Of a DNA stretch of 45,173 nucleotides, positions 36,224 through 45,173 are shown one piece after another. A program made the translations under genes and the position numbers. The notes below the pieces were generated by a model. That model saw only the letters and a program-made list of their open reading frames with translations. It was not told the DNA's origin and searched no databases. Position 1 is the stretch's first letter, and each line of letters opens with the position of its first letter. The stretch is from Paraphysomonas bandaiensis (lineage: Eukaryota; Protista; Chrysophyceae). The stretch lies in assembly GCA_965644295.1 (NCBI GenBank), contig CBFFRP010000088.1:1-45173 (forward strand). The letters run 5' to 3'.

Positions 36224-36540
36224 TGTTCATCGTTTATTTCATCGAAAAATCATCGTTTTTTCAGTGAAAAGTGAAAAAAAGTGACTTTTTAATGAAAAAA
36301 CGATGATTTTTCGATGAAATAAACGATGAACAAATCGATGAAATCGATATGCACAATACAGGTACTCTATACGGTACTGTATATCATGTATACATGACTG
36401 TACTGTACTGTACTGTATACCACTGTACTGTATACAGCAATATACTTCATTAAAAAGTCATCGTTTTTTCATTAAAAAGTCACTTTTTTTCACTTTTCAC
36501 TAAAAAAACAATGATTTTTCATGAAATCGATATGCACAAC
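36224..36540. repeat. Foldback / inverted-repeat structure: perfect 40-bp IR plus inverted partial duplication
   Basis: 36224-36263 is the reverse complement of 36293-36332. ~36458-36520 is an inverted copy of ~36250-36310. ATGAAATCGATATGCACAA occurs twice. Confidence 0.88.
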
Positions 36541-37000
36541 CACCCATACGAAGATACATGTAAGATCGCAGCCATATGCTATATAGAGTCTTTATCCCTT
36601 TTAAAGCATCAGTTCTTGTCAACTTTTTGATCTTTCTTAGAATTAATTGCACTACTTGCCATCCTTTTTGTTGTTCGTGTAATTAATTATTAACTGCATA
36701 TGATGGAGCTACAGAACCAGTTTATGGTAACCATACTTGTCAAGTTTCACTCATGTTCATTCTTATGCAAGTTCGTAAAAGTTATGCCCAAATGAAATAC
36801 AGTCCAATAATCAAATTCGAATACTGCTTAAAATTTAAAATATATCCGATGTATGATGCTTCCAGCAATGCAAAGAAGGAATTGTGTAAGAGAAAGTAGC
36901 ATGATTGTTTACATGGCATCAGCTCTTTTGTGTTTCTCTCTTTCTACAGCGACTACTTCCAAGTATGTAATATAGTTATACCTTTAACCACAGGCAATAA

Positions 37001-37275
37001 CAGGGCTGCGTATCAATTAATTAAATTGAAATTCATTGCAGTGAGTTGCAATTAATTGTAATTGCAATTCAATTGCATGGAATATACACATACTCATCGA
37101 TTGGAGGCCCTTATGTTTTTGCGCTTCAATAGAATTATGTGCAATGCAAGTACAGTTGAAAATGCTATTCGTTCTTGTAATGAGTAACTAATTTAATTAG
37201 ACAATAACTAATAATTGCATTTTAATTGCTAAAAATATTTGCAATAAAATTCTAATTAAATGTTACGCAGCCCTG
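37001..37275. mobile_element. hAT-type MITE (275 bp)
   Basis: TIR CAGGGCTGCGTA.CA.TTAATTA at both ends; 8-bp flanks GGCAATAA / AGCAATAT (6/8 match); internal ATTGCA repeats. Confidence 0.82.
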
Positions 37276-37445
37276 AGCAATATGGAGGCTATATCGTCCC
37301 GCGCTCAAATTTTGAAACTTGTGCGGTAGTACACTGTTCAGTAGTACGCGGGAACACAGGTACGCAGTACATAGTATTCAGCTACGTATATTGCATACAG
37401 TGACACACACAGCGGGAGGAGGAGGATTCTTCGAATCTGCAGTGG

Positions 37446-38811
37446 TAGTATAAACGGAAAAATTTAATTTTGGCCCTTTTTGGCCCTCGGCCCGCTAGGG
37501 CCCTCGGCCCGCATTTGGCCCTCTACTACAACTAACAATAATAACAATAATTCTTAATTAAAAACACACACAACACACACTACAACCACAAGCAACAATA
37601 ACGCACAAAGCAAAGGGCAGTATTACGCACAAAGCAAAGGGTCAAATTTAGCAAGAGTTATTAATATCTTAAGCAAGAGCAACTTTATACCAAAACATTT
37701 TTCGGAGCTGGGGGCTCCCCACGCTTCGACTCTACGAGCCGGCGTCCACTGCCCCCAGGCCCCCGCCCCTAAACAACGCCGGGGCCGGCCCCACCGGCCC
37801 TATTCCGGCGTTTGGCGCCGGTCTGAGCCCTGCCGGCGGCAACACAGCATGTCTCAATCTCCTCGGTGAAAGCACAGTCTTCGGCTGTCACTGTAGACTC
37901 CTTGCCACATCCAGTGTATTTCACTATCTCCTCAATTGAAATACAATCATCAGTGGGTACATCGACAACATATCCATTCTGCAGTCGGCACTGCTCGCGA
38001 TAGCCAACGATGGACCCCTCGTAAAATCCAACTCTCACCACCTCGTACATGCACCCATCCTCAGGATCATAGTGGCTCTTCCCAATCAAAAACTTGTATT
38101 GGTTGAGCTGCGCAAACTTAGTCCTTTGGACTGACCTGTCCATTTCAAATGCAGCGTAGTCCTCTGGCAATGTGAATTGCTGGAATGGCAGATGTTTCGG
38201 CCGGGATGCATGACCCCTGAGAATTTTGTTTCGAAGTTCGACGTATTCTTGACTTAGCTTCCGAATAGTACTCACATATAACACCACGGAAGGATGCGCA
38301 GTGGGAAAAGCCTCGTTCAGCTTTCTGTTAAACCTTTCCAGTGGATTGTTGGTTCTATTAATCAAGCGGGATGTTGATGACTCGTCTGTTACAATGCCAT
38401 GCACATTCCAATCATTAGGATCGTACGAGAGCATCCAGGTCTTCACGAAGTATTTCCAGAATATGTCAAACTTGGCTCGGTGAACACCTTCGTCAAAATG
38501 TTGGCGCACATATGGTATCCCTTTAGGCTCAATATCTTCAATAGGAATTGTTAATAGAATCGCCTGCTTGATGACAAAATTATTAATGAATTTGTATTAA
38601 GTTTTCAAAAAGTCGAAATTAAAAACTAATCACATTAGTTTTTTCAAAACTCGAAATCTTTAAAAGACAATAACTGAAATAATATAACAAATCAAAATCT
38701 TCAGGAGGCAAAAACTGAAAAAAATTAATTTTAGAGGGCCCGCGGGGGGCCGCGGGCCCGCGAGGGCCGAGGGCCCTGGCGGGCCGCAAAAAAACCTTAT
38801 CGTATAAACTG
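37446..38811 (-). mobile_element. Internally deleted Mutator-like element (MULE), ~1.37 kb, GGCCC-rich imperfect TIRs
   Basis: Inverted GGCCCGC.AGGGCCCTCGGCCC blocks at ~37470-37525 and ~38732-38786; transposase C-terminal fragment inside; no TSD recognised. Confidence 0.75.
37769..38570 (-). pseudogene. MULE transposase C-terminal fragment with an extra C-terminal domain
   Basis: KQAI/LLTIPIEDIEPKGIPYV, FWKYFVKTWM, WNV, RTNNPLERFNRKL (catalytic Glu region), HPS; the N-terminal DD half is absent. Confidence 0.8.
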
Positions 38812-39403
38812 GTCGCATCAACTGAGTGTACTCTTATAGTATTTATAATATAATAAAGAATAAAGTATATTTTGAGCAATATTTTAAGATATCCATCCAT
38901 GAAATAAAAAATAGAGAATTTCTAGTATCAAAATATTCCTCAAAGTAACCCTTAGAAGAACGATAGATAGGATAACTCTTTCCATGATGTATCTATATGG
39001 AAAAATTATTTTAATAGTATATTACAATGTATATATATTACCCATGTTTGATATGCTGTGTACAAGTGGAGCGGATCTAACGCCCTAATTGAGCATTAAA
39101 TCAGTTACAGATGAAACCAGAAATTCATTAATATATAAACAAAATGTTATTAGTATTATTGGGTCTTAATATTCTCATTTGGTATATCAGAGTAGACTTA
39201 CAGCATATTCATTGTGACAATAGGCCATATTGCTGTGTGTGCTAGCTATTGAAATCCACAGGTCCTTTAGTATGCGTATAATTTTACTAAATGGTTCTAT
39301 TTTTTTCAGTTGAGACAAATTACGTGAAGGAGTTTATTTATCTTAGCTGAGGAATTTAATTGTAATAAGGTGTGTTTAACATATGCTATAGGCTATAGGA
39401 GTA

Positions 39404-39598
39404 CAGCAGTTTGGAAATCTGGCTGTGGGAATATGTCCTCAAATCTCAAATATGTCGATCCAGCATAGAATCCAGGTTTTGATGATGATCAATATATTTC
39501 ACATATAACGAAAAAAGGTCGATTTTTTTTGCTGGATCGACATATTTGAGATTTGAGGACATATTCCCACAGACAGATATGCGACCAGCGTACTGCTG
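39404..39598. mobile_element. Tc1/mariner-pogo-type foldback MITE (195 bp), TA target duplication
   Basis: TA|CAGCAGT ... ACTGCTG|TA; perfect 43-bp inner IR 39423-39465 / 39530-39572. Confidence 0.8.
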
Positions 39599-39898
39599 TA
39601 CTGTATTTACAGGCATAGGGAATAAGTCGATCAAAGCACACAAGTCAGGTGTTTTGTTGTATTTTGTATTATTTTTGATATTTCCCTTATTTTATTCCCT
39701 TGATCGTCGCCGTCCCAATGATACAAATGCGGCATATCTAGATATTGTATGTATATGTACGTGTATGCATGTACTGTGTGTATGTATAATGTAATATGGC
39801 TGCTATGTACGTACTATAGTGTGTATATATGATACGATCCATCCATATTATGCGAATATCTTTTTCTCTGTAATGAGGGCGTACGTAGTGACACTCTC

Positions 39899-40291
39899 TC
39901 AAGAATTTCGGCGTCTGGAATATTCCTCCACAGCAGCAATGACGTTTTCAGGGCTCGCATCTTCATCTCTCAATTCTGTCATTAACTGTGCGAATTCGGG
40001 GTCGTGACTAAACCAAGCAATGATTTCTGCGACCCCACCGCCAGTAAAGCCGAGAACGGAGCCTAGTGAGGCGAATGCTGTTGTACCCATGGTCGCATTC
40101 CACCCTAAAGCGTAGGCCCCGAATACGACAGACGCAGGTCCTGCTGTAATAGGTCCTCCTGCTGCCGACAGCAGTGGCAAAAGCCAAGCCCAATACGTTG
40201 CGGCGCCTATAGCACCACCCAATACTACTCCTCTAGCAACCCTTGCAGGAAGAACTTCTCCTAGACCAGCAGAAGGAATATTATAGGACAT
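39899..40291 (-). CDS. Small (130 aa) glycine-zipper membrane protein of unknown function
   Basis: GVVLGGAIGAA, GWNATMG, LGSVLGFTGGG (GxxxG repeats); charged C-terminal helix; ATG 40291. Confidence 0.62.
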   Translation of the reverse strand: MSYNIPSAGLGEVLPARVARGVVLGGAIGAATYWAWLLPLLSAAGGPITAGPASVVFGAYALGWNATMGTTAFASLGSVLGFTGGGVAEIIAWFSHDPEFAQLMTELRDEDASPENVIAAVEEYSRRRNS

Positions 40292-40891
40292 TATTGAAGA
40301 TATGAAGATAAACTGCAAGTATTTAATTTAATGCACGTTGATCTACTTTCCAAGAATGCGTGAGAACGAGAACTCAGAGATGGTGAAAAAATACAGTATC
40401 TTATTGGAGTTTCTAGAAACAAAATCCGGTATATATAGATATTTGTGATAAATAAAACTAAAGTTTTGTTAGATTTTAGATTTTTCAGTACTTCAATACG
40501 TTGGATTTCCAATAAAACTACCTTTTTTGGGGGGGTTGGTTCGAAAAAGGTAGAATTTTCGCGGTTGACCAAAAAAGGGTGATGTTTCCCGTGTTGTATT
40601 CCCTTATCGTCACCGCCCCACACTGCTATGTATGTGTATGTACTGTATGCACTGTGTTTACACGTATATGCATGTGTATGTGTCTGTGTGCGTGATATCT
40701 AGATATGATACGGCTGCTATCTACGTACGATGGTGTGTATATGATACGATCCATACACACACACATACATACATACATACACACATATCTCTATATTAAA
40801 CACTCCCCCACCTCATATCCTCATATCTCACATAAACCACACCAAACACCTCTGAATAACCAAATCAATCACTCTCTATTCATCTCATACA

Positions 40892-41941
40892 ATGAAAACA
40901 TCAAATAACATGCTTGATATGGTCAAACACCCTCCACCAACAGACGTCTACGTGATCTATGGCGTGAAGTGTATCTTCTCATACAGTATCACACACTTGA
41001 CATTATTTGCATTCACATTTACATATTTAAACATTACCACACTGTTTGAATTCACTGTTTATCCTTCTCTTATGACTGGAAATTTCTTTCATGCAGCACT
41101 TGACATGAATGCAACTCAATATATGGATTCACTCTATCGGTTCGTACTAATTATATCATGTACATGTATTGGTACATGTTTAGATTGTTATCTATTAATA
41201 ACAATGAAAAGTAGACAAAATGTATTTGCTGTATTGATGTGTTTATTGGTATTAACGGTTGCTGTGGTGGATCTTATTGCAGATACTACTGGTAGTCGAT
41301 ACAGTTTATGTCTGCTATGTGTTACTAGTGGAGCATTAGTTCACTGGAGTCAAAAACTAGGATATACATGTTCTGCAATGACAGGAAATATGTTTAAACT
41401 TTCTGAAATAATATTCAAATTATGTGTCGGTTATGATTTGGGAGGAGCGAAGATGCACGGAGAAGCATTAATATTATTTGGTATTTTCTTTGGGAGTCTT
41501 GTTGGAGCATTGAGTGCCGTTGGAGTGCTTCAAATAACGGAAAACTTGTCCATTATGCCTCTTTTAGTGACAGTTCCATTCCATCTTTATCTGGCGGGCT
41601 GTTTAGAAGAGTGGGGGTGGATTACTAAGGCCGATGTCGACAAACAACCAACACTGAACACTGACTCGGACAATCGCCCAGGGGGTGTAAAACTAGATAA
41701 TCCCTCTGACGTCGAATTGGCTAATACGAAATCTCCATTATCATTAGATTGTAACTCATCTGCTACAGTGAGTGGTCGAGAATCTATGAGCTCAGCGAAA
41801 TCTTGTGATGAAGATCGTTCCTCATCGTCATCATCTGTTTTTCAAAGGACATCAATAACAGCGGATGAACTGAAAGATGTCGAAGCCGTTGAGCAGTCGT
41901 TTGGGTATAAAGTAGAGAAGTCGCTTTTTATTGATGACTAA
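40892..41941 (+). CDS. DUF1275 / YoaK-family membrane protein
   Basis: Two MTGN motifs (PSLMTGN, SAMTGN), about 7 TM segments, Ser-rich cytosolic tail. Confidence 0.75.
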   Translation: MKTSNNMLDMVKHPPPTDVYVIYGVKCIFSYSITHLTLFAFTFTYLNITTLFEFTVYPSLMTGNFFHAALDMNATQYMDSLYRFVLIISCTCIGTCLDCYLLITMKSRQNVFAVLMCLLVLTVAVVDLIADTTGSRYSLCLLCVTSGALVHWSQKLGYTCSAMTGNMFKLSEIIFKLCVGYDLGGAKMHGEALILFGIFFGSLVGALSAVGVLQITENLSIMPLLVTVPFHLYLAGCLEEWGWITKADVDKQPTLNTDSDNRPGGVKLDNPSDVELANTKSPLSLDCNSSATVSGRESMSSAKSCDEDRSSSSSSVFQRTSITADELKDVEAVEQSFGYKVEKSLFIDD

Positions 41942-42770
41942 TTAATCGTCACTTACGAAGTGGCGATAACTGAAGACTTCAAAGTGTATGAAATAAGAGT
42001 GTGGACTCTGGTTACCACACTTGCTGTATGTTACGGTAGTAATATTCACAGCAATTGATTTCGCGTAATCTGGATTTGAGAAGTAATTTATCTTTATTCG
42101 ACTTGTATGGAACAAGTTTACTCAAATGTAATTAAATATGATTGCTTAATAGCAATGCCTATTCATCTTTTTGTCCGAATCTTCCCTTTGTTTTAGCGTA
42201 CTTAGTGAGGTTAGTGCATAGTTGAGGATAAATAAGGATGTGAATAATCATTCGTTTATCTTATAATTATAGACAGCAGATAATCACAACCAAAATCAAC
42301 ATTCTGCTACCCTCAACAAAGTCGGACTTGTGACTTTTCGTGGTGTTCAATATCTGCAACCAGCTTATGTTGTGTATTACGACTATCGTTATGGTGCTCA
42401 GTTTATTGTTGGTCAACTATCTTCGATATGTTGTTATACTGTCACACAATTAAGATTAATAATGATAAAGTGACTGTGCGCCGTGCACTTATATCCAAGC
42501 TTTTTTATGCTAACAGATAATGGATTTACACCTATATGATCAGTAGCTATACAGCTAAAAATGTATCTACATCATGAAGACAACGAATTAAACGGCAACA
42601 TTTCCCAATAATAATTGAATTTATCACTTTTAAAACCAATTCTTTAAATTGGCAATTCAATTAATTGTTAAGCAAGCCTGTGTACAACTGTGATGTTGTA
42701 TATTACCTGCAAGTAATATGATCTACCAAACTCTTAAAACACAAGAATATATATACGTTGCATCAGTACA

Positions 42771-45173
42771 TTATAACCTAACTTTTTCCCAAGAAGCCAC
42801 CATATAGAGCCCTATCGCCCTCCACTCCTCATCCGATACGTTTCTTCCTGGAGATTTGGGACCTATGACACCTATTTGGTGTCTTAATGATAAATAATAT
42901 GCATCGGTGAGGCATGTGTCAGCTATCCACTCATGCATGCCCTGGGTGGAAGGTGTAGTACGATCTTGGATCGTAGATACCAGATGGAGACCTAGAGATT
43001 CCGCGATCTCTACAACTCGAGATAATGGGACGAAAAACTCTTCACAATCCTACAAAATATGGTCATCAATTATATACAATTCGCAACGAGTCCACTCACC
43101 ACCACCGCATCACCGAGACTGAACATGTACGGGACACCGAATGAAGTCAAGCAATGTTCCTCGGAAAAATCGAATTTGTCACTCTGCCCAAATGATACAT
43201 TGCAAATATCTCCAGACTGAAGTGGTTCAGTGAAGCCACTCAGCAAGCCATGTATTGCTAACGGATTCGGAAAAGTGGCTACAAATCGACCACCAGGTTT
43301 TAGAGCGTGTGAAATATTTGACAAAAGACTGCGACACGACTCTTCAGATGCACAGAAGTAATGTAAAGCAAACATACACCAAGCTATATCAAATGCTTCT
43401 GCAGTTTGTACACTATTCTGAGATAAACTATTTACCCACAAGCTATCTGCAGCACTACCTTTAATTACAACGGCCTTAGATATTCGCTTATTATTCTTGG
43501 CACGAGATTTGCATTCTCTCACTTGCTCTGCAGATACATCTACCCCCACATAAAGAGATACTTGGGAATCACTAGTAAATTTTTTTATATCACCCCCACG
43601 ACCGCAAGCGATGTCCAATACAGCTATCGTCTTTGATTTACTACGGCGAAATTTATTGTGATTTCGGCGGCTAGGGGTAGTTAGATCTGGTGCTGGGTAG
43701 TATTGTATCTGCTCTGCGGATTTCTTTAAAGCTGAGGTCATCGAGCCGATTATCTCACTCGTTGCACCTCGAGAAACAGGTGTACGATCAGAAAAGAGAG
43801 CGTCGTGCAGCAAACAGGCTTTAGACCAGTTCATAACGCGTCGATGCACCGCAATTCGATCTTCTCTTGCCCCTGTCTGACGAAAAGATTGTATCCTATC
43901 ATAGTGAGCATCAACCGTACCGTTAGGAGGAATCGAATTGAGCTGTGATGTCTCCGCCGCTTTTAGAAGCACGTTCAGAGTACAACCTTCAGATATAACT
44001 TCCAGGTTGCTCCATGCCGCACTGAGAGCATTCGGATTCAATCTATCAGGTCGAAGTTTGTAGACACGCCATGAACTTATAAACGGTACATACTGGCACT
44101 CGGCAACGACAAAACTCCGATGACCACCGGATTGGGACGCCGAAAGGGAGTATATTGCTTCTCGTGCCCCAGCTGCGGTAATTTCTACCGATCCGAGAGG
44201 AACCATAGATGTGTCAGTTGCGTGTGGGGAGCGCTTCTTCTTTAAGTTCACGTGCCCAGGAACTGAAAATATATAGTCTGGCCCAGCAGATTTGTTTTTA
44301 CGCAATGCCCCGGTGATATCAGAAGACATCAGTGCAAAATCTACCGTGCACATATGAGGCGGTTTCCATTTGGTTACCATATACTCGTAATAGGATCCAC
44401 ACACTGGTGTGAAAACTAATCCGTCGGACATGTGCGGGATAATTTCCTCACCAGAAGGGGCATAAACCCATCCCCACCCACTGTACTCCGGACAGGTGCT
44501 ATCTTGAAGTGTTACAGATTTAAAGTTTTTCACCACTTCTTGCACACGAGTACTGGGATAGAATTTCTTACATTGAAAGCACAGAGGTGATATAAACGAC
44601 ACACGATTTAACATTGACTCCAATAACCAGGCTTCAGTAATCTTAATTCGATCAATTAGTCCAAGAGTGGGCTTGTTGCCAATAAATTCACCATTAATAA
44701 ACACACCATCGAAGCATAGGTACATGTAGCGTGGCACAGGCATAGCGTTATTATTGTGGTAAACATACTCAGAAACCAACTCTCCATCTAGTACCGTTGT
44801 ACCTGGAAGAGACTTCATCCAGGTGTTTAGTTCAAATTGGTGGTCACTAGCAACTTCAAGCCGCTGCACCCCCATGTTTCGGTAAACAAAGTATATTTCC
44901 ATATGCTCAGGAGACACAACTAGTATGGCTCTCTCGCCGTCTGTTTTTTCGCACACAGCATATGCACACCCGTCAAAGAGTCCCGAGTTTTGGCCGTAAT
45001 TCTGGTCCGAACTTGGTGTTGCAGAGCGACGAAACACATCGTCTGCGTTTTTAAGATGCAGCGGGGTAGCCTTCGGCCCAGGAAGTACAGATCGCTCTAT
45101 GCACTGATGAGCCACCTGGGTATTGTTGTTGCAGCACATAACCAGGTATGACATCAGTAAATTCTCATCTGAC
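42771..45173 (-). CDS. Bifunctional mRNA capping enzyme: guanylyltransferase plus cap (guanine-N7) methyltransferase, 5' end outside window, at least 2 exons
   Basis: GTase motifs EKTDG, VLDGEL, FDG, DGLVF, KWKP, RPDR..PN; MTase motifs VLDIACGRGGD, FALHYF, LKPGG.F. Intron 43099-43050, then an exon encoding DCEEFFVP...EEWRAIGLYMVASWEKVRL*. Confidence 0.88.

Noticed and set aside
37280-37445. GC-richer patch as a tRNA or ncRNA
   Set aside because: No cloverleaf or A/B-box consensus recognised; no RNA genes were identified anywhere by eye
38619-38900. 93-aa ORF
   Set aside because: Runs through the GC-rich MULE TIR; no coding signal
42771-45173. Endogenous giant-virus region
   Set aside because: Only the capping fusion is suggestive; it has a host-type intron and no other viral hallmark genes occur in the window

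Overview
Eukaryotic nuclear DNA with short GT-AG introns (38-250 nt) and long (TATG)n/(CATA)n microsatellites. The gene and transposon content suggests a stramenopile-like protist, but this is inference only. Host genes, several invisible in the ORF track because they are spliced: MZT1/MOZART1 (3 exons), a MaoC/hot-dog dehydratase, a YghU-type (nu-class) GST (5 exons), an AlkB-like 2OG-Fe(II) dioxygenase fused to an RS-rich region and a CCCH zinc finger, a coiled-coil protein, a TPR protein, a ~990-aa membrane RING-H2 E3 ligase, a NIPA Mg2+ transporter, an ADP/ATP carrier (9 exons), a GT15-like mannosyltransferase, a Crinkler-like NTPase+REase, a glycine-zipper protein, a DUF1275 membrane protein, and a 5'-truncated fused mRNA guanylyltransferase-cap methyltransferase. 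Mobile DNA is abundant: an internally deleted pogo-like element, a 3.1-kb TIR element whose ends are arrays of the palindrome ACCTATAGGT around a spliced pseudogene, a rearranged Copia cluster, an internally deleted MULE, two MITEs and a 40-bp perfect hairpin. The most notable observations are an intron-containing relic of an AA13-like (fungal starch-active) LPMO abutting Copia gag, the unclassified palindrome-array element, the GTase-MTase capping fusion, and a strand-consistent (CATA)n signal upstream of most host genes. All family assignments are by motif recognition from memory; no searches were run.
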